Assembly (NCBI GenBank): GCA_963693365.1
Contig: CAVNZM010000013.1
Location: 8,866,940-8,930,939 of the forward strand
Direction: 5' to 3'
DNA length: 64,000 nt
From: Amoebidium appalachense
Taxonomy: Eukaryota > Protista > Ichthyosporea
Shown: positions 1 through 23,739 of the stretch, one piece after another
Numbering within the stretch: the first letter of the stretch is position 1
Layout of the letters: each line of letters opens with the position of its first letter
Notes under the pieces: generated by a model
The model's database searches: none
What the model was told of the DNA's origin: nothing
What the model saw: the letters and a program-made list of their open reading frames with translations, nothing else
Position numbers and translations under genes: made by a program

Positions 1-927
1 GTCCAGTGGATATGAAGGCAACGTGCAGCCACATGTGCTACATGACCGGGCCAAAATAACCGACTTCGAAAGAGCCCGGCGATGAAATAAGAAATAAAAC
101 AACAAGTGACCAAAGGACACCAGCGGGCAAAGGTACAAGTGCACGTGTATGCGTGAAACTTCTTTTCAATAGGACTGGGTTTTATTCATCCATTATTCAT
201 AGTGGATCGTATACCTGTGACGCTTGCAAGTGCCACAGTTGTTTCCGGAACTCCCCAGTTAACCTAATAGGATTGAACATCAATGTATATATATGAGTTT
301 TGTCCTTCATAAATTGTTTTTGTTTGTTTCATCTCAGGTGCATGTGTTGGCTATAGTCACATATGGGACAACTGGACAACCCACCATTTTGCCATGGATG
401 GAAATTTCAAAGCATGCTAAACACAGTGACGTCAGCTGTTCAACCAGATCCGCAATATTGTGGAGACTGGTGCAAAATGCATGATCAGATCGATCGGCTG
501 CCAGCTGAGCTGCCTCTAATAAACTAATAAACGATACCAATATTAGTACAACCGAAATTACGCGAGGCATAAAATAACAAACAAACATTGTGCTCCAAAG
601 TGAACTTAAGATAATGAGGTACTCTATACGTTTTTACTATTTTTATATATTAATTCTTGCTGTAGCTATAGGTCTTGTGATCAGATTGATTGATCCTGTT
701 TTGCTATTGCATAGCGAGCTCAGGAAAAAAAATAATCTCGCTTGCTCACCTTTCTGCAGAAATTTTATACAGGGATTGCAGTCAACTAAAAAGATTTGTT
801 AAAAATGTCAGTTTTAATGCACCAACCAGAGTTGTCTGTTTATGATAAGACTTGAGTAACCCTTTCCGCAAAGTGGTTGCGGCCTCTTGCCGCCCCAAGT
901 CACACAAGCTTGAGATCCCGTAGGTCA

Positions 928-1694
928 GGGTTCGAATCGAATCGCCTTGCGAAACCCTGAGCCGCGGCGCCGCTTCAAATACCCAAGAGCTATATTTCTT
1001 CTTCTTCAATCTCAACGTGGAAGTGAGTATAATATCAGCGGCATTTGTGTCTAAAATCTATGTTTCGCACTTACTATTCTGCCTGCACTTAATCAAGTGG
1101 CCTCTAGAGAAAGCTTTCAACTGCAGGAGTGAGGGGGGAGAGGCCTAGCTAGGGAGTAGGGACTCCGGGACTGCCGCTCGGGCCCGGCATGGCCGTGGCC
1201 CCACTGGCCACCCGTACGAGTCGGTGTTACCGGCATGTACAACATGTGGTGCGTGATGTATGCACATTTCACAGTGGGCATCTATAAGGATACAGCCCCG
1301 CAACGCTTAGACTTCGGCAAAAATCTCCACATTGAATACAGTTAAAAAGCTCGTTAACAAATAATAAGTGTACATGATTGGCCAACAAACGATCGGTTGA
1401 ATAAATCACTTTCTTTGCCTCGAGTAAATAGCGTAAACCCCCTTGGGATATACAATTTAGTATACCGGAAAGTCAGGTATAGCTATTGTTATTGTCAGCC
1501 CTCCAAAACCTACTCACGAAAGGTTTCATTAAACAATACTTTGATTTAATCGTTAGATTAAATACATGTAAGATGCATATAAGAAGATAAAAACTAATCG
1601 ATACAAGTGTAGCTAAAAAAAAAGAAAAATAGCTCTTGGGTATTTGAAGCGGCGTTGGAGCTCAGGGTTTCGCAAGGCGATTCGATTCGAACCC
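928..1694. repeat. 66-bp inverted repeat pair (928-993 and 1629-1694), probable DNA-transposon termini
   Basis: gggttcgaatcgaatcgccttgcgaaaccctgag...cttcaaatacccaagagctat is the near-exact reverse complement of 1629-1694. A related terminus atagctcttgggtg recurs at 63878-63903, and cagggttcgaa..ttgcgaaa recurs at ~51424. Confidence 0.75.
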
Positions 1695-1776
1695 AGGCTG
1701 CCAACGGTCGACGTCTGAGACAGGCTTTTTTTGATTTTGAAACGGGATCCTCGGGTAGCAGTAACTTAGTTGTGCA

Positions 1777-1833
<57 letters not shown>

Positions 1834-1859
1834 CCACCACCACCCTGGGAGGGCTCACC

Positions 1860-3100
1860 CAAAAATAACACTGATGTTAACATCTGTACATGTAAATTGG
1901 ACATACGTATACGGCAAGGGGTACACTTTCCACCTACGTATACCCCGGCCCCACACTGGCACAGCACCACACACCGGCACAAACGCCCCCGCGTGTGACG
2001 TCTGTAGCCTTCGCCGACGACACAACATGGTTTGGCCCGAACCGTTGAGAGCCTGGCATCCAGCAAACTCTAGACATATCTGCGGCATGATCTCTTTTTC
2101 TACTACCATATGCATGACTTGGAACCCACCGTGGTACTAGTGACAAGGTCTCAGTCCTCACCCGTGTCACCCCAACCGTTGCAACAGTGGCCATCATGGC
2201 CCCCCTGCAGTACCGCAAATCCCCGGGAGCACCACCCCTACCCATTCGGATCGAGCCCTCCAATGCACACATCAGAGCCTAGGGGTCAACATCACCCTCC
2301 AACGACCGTCGTGACACCCGGCCCAACGACGAGAAGGCATGCAGCTGACATATATCAAGTTACGGGCCATGGACCACCATCTTTATTAGCCGTAATATGC
2401 TGGCACCCAGCCAAGTGATGTACGTGGCCAACAGTGTGGTGGCCCCGGCCATCCTCTTCCTCCTCAAAGGGTCAGTCATCAGCAACACCACGCACTGCAG
2501 GCAATCGACAGCAAGTGGAGAGACCTCCTCCGTCGGAAGTGTGGTTTCCACCGGAGCACCCCGTGCGGGCTGCTCCTACCGTACACCATCCCACTCTAGG
2601 GGGACTGGCCAGCATGCGCATCGTCGAGTCAGCAGCCAGCATCATGGTTACGGAGCTGTGTGCCCTGCTGGAAACACCAGGACCAGCAGGGGACGTGGTC
2701 CGGTACCGAGCCTGGCAGCAGCAACACATGACAGGCCTACCCTACCCTCCCCTGCAAGCACCCCCAGCCAAACTTTACAGTCTAGGGGGAAAGCTGCTCC
2801 ACAACCAGGGCCCATATCACGGGGATCATCCTTCACGAGCGGCACCTGCAGTTGGGGAAACAACCCCCCCCCCCCCCTCCCCCCGGCCCCCCCCCCCCCA
2901 AAAAAAAAACACAAGTCTCCTCCCCCCACCCCCCCCCTCCCCCAAGGAGAAGGAGTGGGAGCAGCAACAACCAGCACCCCTATCAACACCATTTTCCTGG
3001 ACCACACCTTTGGAGCCCACATCGGCCCCCACACACATCCCCGTCAACTCTACACGGTGGAGGACACCATGGTACGGCCGGGGGTACGGTGTTAGAGTAT
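1860..3100 (+). pseudogene. Degenerate non-LTR retrotransposon (LINE-like) reverse transcriptase fragment
   Basis: Frame starting 2001 reads SVAFADDTTWFG (RT catalytic F/YADD, 2010-2021). Downstream remnants are IRA-LGV (YLG-like, ~2270-2290), QVMYVANSVVAPAILF and HPTLGGL. Stops and frameshifts separate the blocks; boundaries are approximate. Confidence 0.7.
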
Positions 3101-3277
3101 ATACCCCAAGATCGTCAATCTAAAGGCAATCCGAAGCAATCGCGATCGGGTCGCCTAGTAGGCCCTTTTTAGGCTAAAAAGGAAGATTTGGTAGTGCAAG
3201 AAGCTTAAGTGCTAATTAAGTAAGGCTTTTTGTTGAGTTTTTCACATTATTTATTGAAAACAAGGGATTTTTAAAGT

Positions 3278-3449
3278 CGTGATATATCCTGCCCTGAACG
3301 ATATTTATGTATAATATCATTTTTTGGTCCGTCCCCTGAATATCATTTGAATATCTTGCCTTCAAGCGCCCCTGAATATCACGGGATACTATCATATATC
3401 GAATTGGCCCCTGAATATCAAAAGATATGCGGGATATTTTTGCAAGGGC
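3278..3449. repeat. Cluster of (cc)ctgaatatc / gatat sub-terminal repeats, likely DNA transposon end
   Basis: Three copies of cccctgaatatc plus variants within 170 bp, ending in tttttgcaaggg. No matching opposite end was found. Confidence 0.4.
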
Positions 3450-4648
3450 CTACCCCCACCACCAACCCAATCCCATCAAGCTCGATAACCTTGGAGTATT
3501 CGACCGATGGGGGGCCAATATGGACCCCAAAACACCCCCTCGACAGAAGCATTTTTATTTTTAACTTAGTAAATCCTAATTCTACTCACCCCGTGTGCTA
3601 TGGCATTACTACTGTGACAAACACGTGCACACATGCCACAGAAGGCACGTGCCTGCAAATATTGCAGGGAATTTTACAACTTGCTCCCAAGTTTCACTGA
3701 CACACACACACACAACACACACACACTCATACAGCATCACAAACACACACACAGACAGATGCGCAGACACACATCATCACATGCACCGTAACACCCACAC
3801 ATGCATGTACACGCACCTTCGAGCTCTTCTCTTGCACACATGTGAAATGCCATGTGATTTTGCACATGGGTGTTGCATCGCACAAGGCTTGCACATGTGG
3901 CACGACGTTGACACGTGCAGGCAATTACAGTGATTAGCAGTGCCAAATCATTTGCGCATGTAGGTACATGTGCTCAAACACATCCACCCTACTGACACAA
4001 ACACACACCCACGTAGTGACATGGCACACACAAGTCGCAGACGCACACTCGCAGTGACATTTTGTGCATGATAGCTCTGCCTAGTCAAAACTTGAGGCGC
4101 TGCTTAAAGTGAAGGGAAGGTGTGAATTAGCCTCGGTGATGGTGGTATACGAGAGGAGAGGGGAGGGGGGAGGTGGGGAGGTGGGGGTTGGGGGGGGAAG
4201 CCGGGGGGAGGCGAACTTCCGAGAAACATTGAGAGAGGGGTAGATAACCGCGGCCGGCAGGGAGGCTCCCGTCTGACTCCCCATGCGCGGGGAGAGGGGG
4301 GGGAGGGGGGGGGGGGGGGGGGGGAGACCACCACCAGAGGGGTCCTCAGTATTTCTTGCTGCCGAAGCCCCCCATTTCAATTTCAAAAAAGCCTAAAACG
4401 TTATGTGGGTGGGCCCATCACTCTCATCATGGCTCCTGGTAAAACATGTTAATATTCGTGAGCAGTGATCCATAATGGTATGCTCGATAGCGCGAGCAGC
4501 ACAATGAAACCAATGGAGTATATACTATGTGACGAGGATGCCATGGCCTGTTGGCTCTCACGGCAGTCTTGGTTCTTTGCGGGCCCGCATCATATCAGCA
4601 GATTAACTTCTCAGAGCAGATGAATAATTCGGCAAAGAAACAGAATAT

Positions 4649-4831
4649 GCCTGATAAAAGGAGTGTTATTCTGCTTTTAGCAGCCTAGCTGTTTAGCAAA
4701 GGCAGAATTATTCAGCTTTAACAGGATCAAATGCAGAATTATTCTGCTTTGGACAGGATCGCGTTTTGCAAAATGCAGAATTATTCTGCTCGTCGGAGCT
4801 CCAAGCAGACATACTGTGCTTTTTAACAGGC
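4649..4831. mobile_element. MITE-like element with imperfect TIRs and palindromic gcagaattattctgc internal repeats
   Basis: gcctgataaaag ... ctttttaacaggc, flanked by AT on both sides. Internal gcagaattattc(t/a)gc occurs three times. Confidence 0.55.
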
Positions 4832-5508
4832 ATTCACATTTCATACCGAAGTATGCCTAGCATGGTGGTACGGCGATGCGCGTGCATGTTGCTGATTGGG
4901 TAAGGCAGTGCAACCTTGAACACGATCCCCTCACTGCCTCTCGACATTACTAGGAGTCGGTCTCCCCCCCGGGGAGGGGGGGGGAGACTGATGTTCATCA
5001 ATGAGGGATTCTTGTATTTGTACACGCCCCCCCCCCCCCCCCCCCCTAGGGAGGGGGGAAGGGGGGAGAAGGGATGGCCCCAAGGGACGGGGAAGCCGCG
5101 GTCGGAGTGGCTGCTCACTAAGACAAAGGACAGAGGGATGACGGGGGAAGGGGGAAGGGGGAAAAGGGTGGAAGAGGGGAGGGGGGGAGGGAGAATACTG
5201 CTCACCTCACCCAGGTCTCTAGCGCCTCTATGTGCACTAGTTCCACGTAAGTCATAGCCACTAGACAGATTATGAGTTCACTGCCTCGCTAACCGGTAGT
5301 TTGGATCTTCACATACAGATATACAACACACAAGCGAATGGGTGGTCAGCGCACAGCCACACAATCATTCACTAATAGACGCACACACTCAAGGCACAAA
5401 CAGAAACCCACTCATGCACATACATGAACAACATGCCGCATAACAGAATCATCATGCACGCACACACACAAACACACATACACATACGTGTACACACACA
5501 CAAACACG

Positions 5509-5539
<31 letters not shown>

Positions 5540-5548
5540 CACAGCGTG

Positions 5549-5652
<104 letters not shown>

Positions 5653-5655
5653 CGT

Positions 5656-5750
<95 letters not shown>

Positions 5751-6135
5751 CGTGCGCGCACACATACACACGCCCGCGCCCGCACACACGCGCACAGTCT
5801 TATATACCTGCACACACATGCACACATACATACGCACACATGTGCACACACAGTCACACATGCGGGCCCAACCACATCAGCAGAATCGACTTGCTCCGAG
5901 TCGGACTCGGCACAGTTACACTGATATACACACTCGCAAACACACACAAACACAACTTGTGTGACACCCACCCAGACGGTAATGCAACATTCTTTTCCTT
6001 TCATCCAACCAAAATGATGTTCCTAGGCCTACACACATTTACACCCAGAACGCAAGCAGACAGGCGGGCAGGTGGGTGGACCGCGCGGTCACCGCGCATC
6101 CACTACACAGACACACGTGAACATGCACGCAATCG

Positions 6136-6187
<52 letters not shown>

Positions 6188-6671
6188 ACAAAAAAAAATA
6201 GACACACACAGGGAACACGACACTTGCCATGCCAATCTGAAACGGAAGTAAGAAGTTGGTAGGTAAGTGGAAACAAATGGAAAAGGGCACAGGAGGAAGG
6301 CGTCGTCGGGGGGAAGGGATAGCCTGAGTAAGAGTTCAGGCTGAGAAGAGAATAAGAAATCTCCCCCCCGGGCCGCCCCTCCCCCCCCCCTCCCCACTGC
6401 CATGGGGGGGAAGGTGGGGAGGGGGGGGGGGGGGGGAGGGGGGGAGGGGGGGGGGGGAGACCTCCCACGTTTAGCTATGAAGGGAGGGGAGGCCCAGCAC
6501 AGAAAGAGGGAAGATACGGATTTGAAGTTTTCTAACCCCACTCACTCCCCCTCCTCCCCCTTTTCCTCCATGTGTGCCTATGTGTGATTGTGTGTACTTG
6601 TGTGCATGCTTATGTGAGTACACATGTGGTTGCATGCGCGTGTAGCACGTGCGTACATGTGATCAGTGAAT

Positions 6672-6763
<92 letters not shown>

Positions 6764-9217
6764 ATGCATGTCACGGTTCGACGTGTGCACGTGTCTGCGT
6801 GTGTGTGTGTTCATTTGAATGTGTGTGTGTGTGCGTGCTTGTGTGCGTGTGTGCGCGCGTGTGTATGCGCGCGTGCGTGCATGCGTGTGCGTGTGCATAC
6901 GTGCGTCAGGGTGTGTGCAGATTGCAGGCCACACGAAAAGAGCAGTACGGGGAGTTAGCCGCGGTCAGGTGGGTGGCCATGGCCATTGCCATGATCGCAT
7001 GTTGAGCGTCACGGACATTCGATTGCAATCATGATCATGACAGTAGTTGGATGATTGGCGGCCATGGCGCCAAGGCCTTAAATATGCGCTGCAGAACATG
7101 TATAGAGGGGGGAAAGCCTGAGGTGACACGTTGGTGGACACACTGGACAGCACGTGTGCATCGTTGGGATGGCAAACAATTGCCTTGTATAGGTAGTATT
7201 GGCGTGCTCCTATTGGCTGGTGAATTGTATGGCATGTTTTCATTGGCCGTCTTTGTGCATGTGCTTGTGTCCCCCCAGACCTGACCTCAACTTTTGGGTA
7301 CCAAAGCTACGCCATATTTCAAGTGCCGGTTTATCCATGGATGATGGAAATGATGATGGAATATTAGTAAAATATGGGTTACTGTACTTGGCCCTGTCAG
7401 AGCGATAGGCGCACGAATATGTATACGACACTGTGTAGATATACGCGGACCATGCCATAAAAGCTACTTTAGTACTCTCGATTTATGTATTCATAAGTTC
7501 AAACATATGTAAACCTGTACGTATATATATATATAATAGATTCCTTTTAAACGATTTGATGATGGGTGGTGCCTAAGTTACAACTCAGGCCTGTAACAGT
7601 ACCTTTGCTCCATGCTCCCCAAGTTTAATTGCAAGGACAGTTAATTAATTAAAGAGCGACACCGTTGCCTAATACATGGCACGTGGTGCGGGCTTCACTT
7701 TATGAAGTTTTGATTTACAAAAATGTTCGACATGGGCCCCAGCATTCCAGCCGGGGCTGATCAAGGGAGAGATAAGCCCTATGCATTCCAATCCATCTGA
7801 GGTAAACCAATGGTCGGTTGCTCTGAAAAGCACGTCTAAATTAAAACGTGATAATTCGGTTTGCTTATTGGTTGACAGAGCGAGCGAACGTTCTCCCAAG
7901 GCTTCTCGAGGTCGTTTTTATTTTTTATTTTTGTTCCCGGCCGAAGGACCTTTAAATTTGCAGGCCCTCGAGGGAAGTACCGTCAATACGGCTATTTAGG
8001 CCGTACGAAATACGAAATACGGCCATTTAGGTTAAATTCATTTTTGAAAATTCTTACTGTATGTATGGGACCAAATTCTCAAGATCCGATACATATCGAT
8101 CTGCATATGTATATTGCATAGGTATAAATTTGCATACTTAACCGCTGGTGCGCAGCCCGGCTGAATCGTAAGACCCTGCCAATGTTTCATGATTCCTCAC
8201 AGAACACTAGCATTTTATAAAAACTTCGATGACATTGGAATAATATATTGAGGTTTTCCCAGCTCGGCGAAGCTCGAGGACCTGGTCCACTGCTGGTGCA
8301 GTGGTGAGCCGCTTGTCAAACCGCAGCCCTAGCCGTTGGGCGAAGGAAGATCGGTTATAAGCCTTCTATCACCGGTGTTTTTATTGGATATAAATGCACC
8401 AAAGCATGTCCACGAGTTGGGACTTGGGAGGTGACCAAATGACGAGTGGTAAAACCTGTAAGAGCTGTCATAATGTAAGCCAAAACAGACAGCCTGTAGC
8501 ACAATTTAAGGACGATGAATATTTTTGAGCTGAAAACCGTGGCTATTATTGTAGATAAATATTGTACAAACGCTTCTGTTCTTCCCCATTCTCCTGAAGA
8601 ATACGGATCGATGGCCGACAACTGATTAGTTCAATATCATGCCTTTGTGTAGGCGGCTGATCCCTGTCCGCATGAGTCGTATCCTTCATGCTGCTATAAA
8701 ATGTCCGCGTCAGACGGCCGTTCAACTGTGACAGTTCAAAACATGCGCCACCACTGTTGTCGAACAATTTCATCCAATACATTACAGAGCAAAGCTGGGA
8801 AATTTACACTTGTAGGATACCGCACTTAAGCCAAGTAGGGTTTTAGTAACAGATCGTGTCATATTGCTACAAACTAGAGCTCCCACAACCACTACCTATC
8901 TAGCGCAATCTTGCCTATCAATGCGGCAGAGAGTTTTATTAACCAAACTTGTGTTTTAGAAGGCGAATCCTTCTGCCTTAACTTGAGCGGATATCTGTAA
9001 ATTGAGATTAGGTCTAGGTAAGCAGTTTTACAGGTCTTTTTTTGGGAGGAGAACAAGTCAGATTATTCTTCATTGTGCGCACGCTTGACGGTCTTAGCAA
9101 TTACATGTACCCAACTCAACCACACGTCGAGAACTCCTTTGGTGCCATCAGTTCCCCACGTGTTTCATCTGCATTTGGCACACTCAGGCACGTGCCACAC
9201 CACGTGCTAATAGCAAG

Positions 9218-19728
<10,511 letters not shown>

Positions 19729-19759
19729 GCAAGGGTTTTCAAACAGTGTCTTACAGTGG

Positions 19760-19854
19760 TTTCCGAGTGACGAATGGGATACCGAGGATGTTAGTTTATT
19801 TGGTTTTTTTCTTTTCCGAGTGACGAATGGGATACCGAGGATGTTAGTTTATTT

Positions 19855-19885
<31 letters not shown>

Positions 19886-19895
19886 GGTTTTTTTT
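19760..19895. repeat. ~53-bp tandem duplication plus poly-T just 3' of the ALS stop
   Basis: ttccgagtgacgaatgggataccgaggatgttagtttatttggttttttt occurs twice, followed by a long T run. Confidence 0.85.
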
Positions 19896-20357
19896 GACCA
19901 CACACACCACAGTGGTGCAGAGAGTTGCATGCACCCATGTACAGGAGGCAGGTTTTGGATGCAGTTGACAGTCAAAATTTTAAGTAAGTTTTAATCTACC
20001 GACCGAGTGTCCTGGCACTTTTTAACAGGACCTCCTCGGTTTCTTTTTCTTTCCTTCTCAATTGTGCCCGCACGGTTTTCTAGTGTGCTCTACTTCAAAA
20101 TAACAATAGTAACAGTAGTACTAATAATAATAACCTAGTGTAATACACGTCATGCAGATCTATTGTCTCAAAGTGCTGTTGATATGTGTTTGGTTTTTTC
20201 ACTTTTAAATTTTTTATTTTAACATTTAATTTTATTAGGGGGGTTAACATTTAATTTTATTTTTTATTTTATTTTTGGGGGGGGGGGGGGGGTAAGAGGG
20301 GGTGGGAATTACCACTTTTAATTTTCTATTTTAACATTTAATTTTTTTTTTTTGGGT

Positions 20358-20395
<38 letters not shown>

Positions 20396-21177
20396 GGGAA
20401 TTACGGACTTATTCCCGGGGGCCATGTACAGTACTCCCGAGATCCACTTTTTCGGATGCTATTAATAGCAATAAAACTGTTTGCTCTGTGTAAGGGTGCG
20501 CAGTAGAACTCGGGACATTTCATGAAGATTAGCAGGCACACGATGGGCAATGTGCCGCACAATCAGGTGTATCTAATGATGGCGGTGTATAATAATCAAG
20601 TATGACGTGATTAATATATAAGTTAGTTGTGGCTCATTGGGTGCGGCTGCCCAGCCAGTACTGATTGTGACCTAGGTCTGCTGTGGAATACTAGAACAAA
20701 CAGGTGCTCGATTAGCATCTTGAACACAACATACCCAGATGCCCCCCCCCCCCCCCCCCCTACACACACACACACCACCTCAACCGGTACCCCCGAGCCT
20801 TGGGCCCAAGGGCTCCATTAGCCCCGGCCCAACGTTAACCGCTGCAAAGTATCTCGTCCCGCCCGTAAATACAACGTAACAGTGCTACAACCCCACTGCC
20901 ACTAACAGAACATTGTCAAACCACTCTTGAAAAAAGATAAAGTTGCAGATTGGTTCCCTGAAACTCTTTCCACTGTGACAAGTCGCCCTGTGAAGGCTTC
21001 TTAGAGTTTTGTTTTCCCCCCGGTGTCTGGTAAATTTTCTCACTACGTGCGTAGAACCCCCCTTCCCGGGCCGCGCCAACCCCTCCCCTCCCCCCCCCCC
21101 CCCTCCCCCCTTCCCCCGGGGGCCCCTTTCCCCGTGACTCCCTTCCTCCCTTCCCCCCCCCCCCCCTCCCCCCCCCC

Positions 21178-21211
<34 letters not shown>

Positions 21212-22626
21212 ATATGTAATAACCGCACCTCCCTGCAACCAGCCAAACTCAAGCTAGAAGACTGACTTAAGCCTCGTTTCATTATTATGATGATATTTGT
21301 GCACGTGACAAGAAGGGGAACCTGCGGCCACGTACATTCGTGCATACACGCATACACGCAGACACGCACGCACACGTGTACACACATACACATCCATGTG
21401 CACACACACACACACACACGCACACACACACACATGTGCACACACACACACACACACACACGCACACGTCACACACCCCTACGTCACGCGCACGTCACGC
21501 AATGTAGTCACACCGGCACCCACTACTGGGCCTATCCCTGCTTATTCAGTCGTTTTACAATTTGATGTCCAACAGACCTACAAGACCAACACTAACGTGT
21601 CTGTATCGACAATGCACTCCCGAGATTTGTTTCACTTTGAATGATTTGATTGGATGCTGGGTTGTGACTGTGGTTGTGCGATATCTGGATGTGATTGGCC
21701 AACCTTCAGCCGGGGCTGCCGGGCCTTATCCTTTCAAGTCATGCACAGTATTGTATATTAGTTTCCACCCTGGACCACCCACCAGCCTAAGAAAAGAATT
21801 GTACATCAATGATTTTTCAGTATGAACCACCGCTTGCATTTTCTTTCTTTCTTTCTTTTTTTTTTCCCTCTTTTTATCCGCAAGCATACAAGGCTAAACG
21901 GGTGAAACCCCGCTATTTGGCCTCCTAGTCGCTGATTCGCTGGCAGGGCATCGTCAGAGGGGTGTAAATTGCACTTTTCTACGGTCATATGACTTGGCTA
22001 TGCACAGAATTACAGTCAGTGCACACACGCATGCACGCACAAGAAAGTAGAAAAAATCTTCAATTACCTCTAAGTACTTGGCAAAACGTTGATTTTAGAT
22101 GTCAGACAATTTATATATCATGCTATCTAAAGCAATTTGTACAAAGCCTTCTAAAGTACTTGAACATCTCAAATTCCGATTTGCCCGCCCTCGCACAGCT
22201 TCTTTGCCGGCCGCTACGCGTCTTGAACTCTTGATCATGAGCGCCACAAACAGCCCCAAACAGATCGACAGACCTTACCACACGAGTTCAACCAATTGCA
22301 AGTGTACGTGCCATATGTAGGGTGGCTGAGTCACGCGAGCATGAGAGGTCTACAATAATAGCTACGCTGTGAAACGCAGGCAGACGGCCTGCATCGTAGT
22401 AGCGAGAGCAAACAGAATCACATCGTCAAACAAACAGGCGCAACTAGACCCGCACAACATACAGCCTACGTATACCTTTGTGACCTACCACATGCATCTT
22501 CACAGAATTACTCACGAGTGAACCTGACACCCGCATATATTAGTAGCGCTAGCTTTTATATATTGCATACTCAGGCATCTAAGCCACCCCCACGCACGTG
22601 CCTGCTCGGGCCACACGCTAGCCACC

Positions 22627-23739
22627 ATGCACGTGAAGCAGCTGACACGCAAGCTGACGACCTCTTTCAGCAAGGTTGTGTCTCTGGACGGGCAGGAGGC
22701 CACCTCACACGCCCCTAAGGCGAAGGGCAAGCGCCGTGCCAGTGCGCCCCTCACCGGCACGGCCCACAGCACCCAGCCAGACTATACCCTACCGCCGCCC
22801 GCCTACTCGCCTCCTCGCCCCGACTCCATCAGCAGCACGGGCAGTTCGGGGGGCTCTGGCACACGGCCACTGAGTGACCTCATCACCTTCGAGGACATAC
22901 CCGTGCAGCAGGTGCACCTCGTTGCCTCCTCGGCCCGGCCCCAGCCCGTGCGCAAGCCAGGTCCGCCCGTGGCCCCATACAGGCGCGTGTCTGACACCAG
23001 CTCGCCCGCCCTGCCCACCCACAGCCAGCCAGAGGTGGGGGCTGTTCGGTCTGCCAGTGTGCCCCTCGAGAGGCCTGTGCCCAAACCCCGTCCGCGGCCT
23101 GTTGGCAGCCTGGGGCCTGTGCGGTTTGCAGAGGCACAGGCCAGCGACCAGGAGTGCACGGCACAGGGCGAGGGCGAAAGTAGGGCGCAGCAGGCAGAGA
23201 GACCCGTGCCCAAGCCACGACCCCTGTTTGGGTCTGTGGATATGGCTGCCCGCAGGGGCCTTGGGGGGGAGGACCACCTGAGGCGCAAGGCAAGTGCCCC
23301 TGCAGCCCTCACGGCCACAAGGCCTGCCCCCACTGTGGCCACCACCACCGACCCCTTTGGCATACCCCCCTTCCGTCCACGTGCCACGCCCAGCACCCAG
23401 CAGCCAGGGACGGTTAGCCCCAGCAAAGCAAGCAGCCTCGAGGTGGTGCCGCGGGCAAACAAACCGAGCAAGGGCCTTGGCCACACCCTGCGGCGGTCCA
23501 AGTCCCTCCCCCAGTTGGTGCTGCCACCACGCACACGGCCCCTTCCCTGCGAGATGTATGTGGTGGCCGAGGCCCTGTATGACTTCAGGGCTGTGCGCCC
23601 CACAGACCTCAGCTTCAGCAAGGGGGACAACATCACGGTCATACGCATGAGGGCAGACAAGGACTCGTGGTGGGAGGGCATCAAGGGGAACAGGCGCGGC
23701 GAGTTCCCGGCAAATTACGTGCGGGTTATTTTCTCATAG
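22627..23739 (+). CDS. Intronless proline-rich protein with C-terminal SH3 domain (370 aa)
   Basis: Long GC3-rich ORF from ATG to TAG. The C-terminus ALYDF...DLSFSKGDNITV...WWEG...GEFPANYV is a canonical SH3. Two ERPVPKPRP motifs. Confidence 0.88.
   Translation: MHVKQLTRKLTTSFSKVVSLDGQEATSHAPKAKGKRRASAPLTGTAHSTQPDYTLPPPAYSPPRPDSISSTGSSGGSGTRPLSDLITFEDIPVQQVHLVASSARPQPVRKPGPPVAPYRRVSDTSSPALPTHSQPEVGAVRSASVPLERPVPKPRPRPVGSLGPVRFAEAQASDQECTAQGEGESRAQQAERPVPKPRPLFGSVDMAARRGLGGEDHLRRKASAPAALTATRPAPTVATTTDPFGIPPFRPRATPSTQQPGTVSPSKASSLEVVPRANKPSKGLGHTLRRSKSLPQLVLPPRTRPLPCEMYVVAEALYDFRAVRPTDLSFSKGDNITVIRMRADKDSWWEGIKGNRRGEFPANYVRVIFS

Noticed and set aside
870-960. tRNA/B-box-like aggtcagggttcgaatc
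   Set aside because: No cloverleaf can be built, and the motif is part of the inverted repeat.
4834-4970. Minus-strand HAHRRT motif suggesting a tyrosine recombinase
   Set aside because: Short ORF embedded in low-complexity sequence, with no other catalytic residues or context.
22789-23684. Long antisense ORFs over the SH3 gene
   Set aside because: Shadow ORFs of a GC-rich coding sequence.
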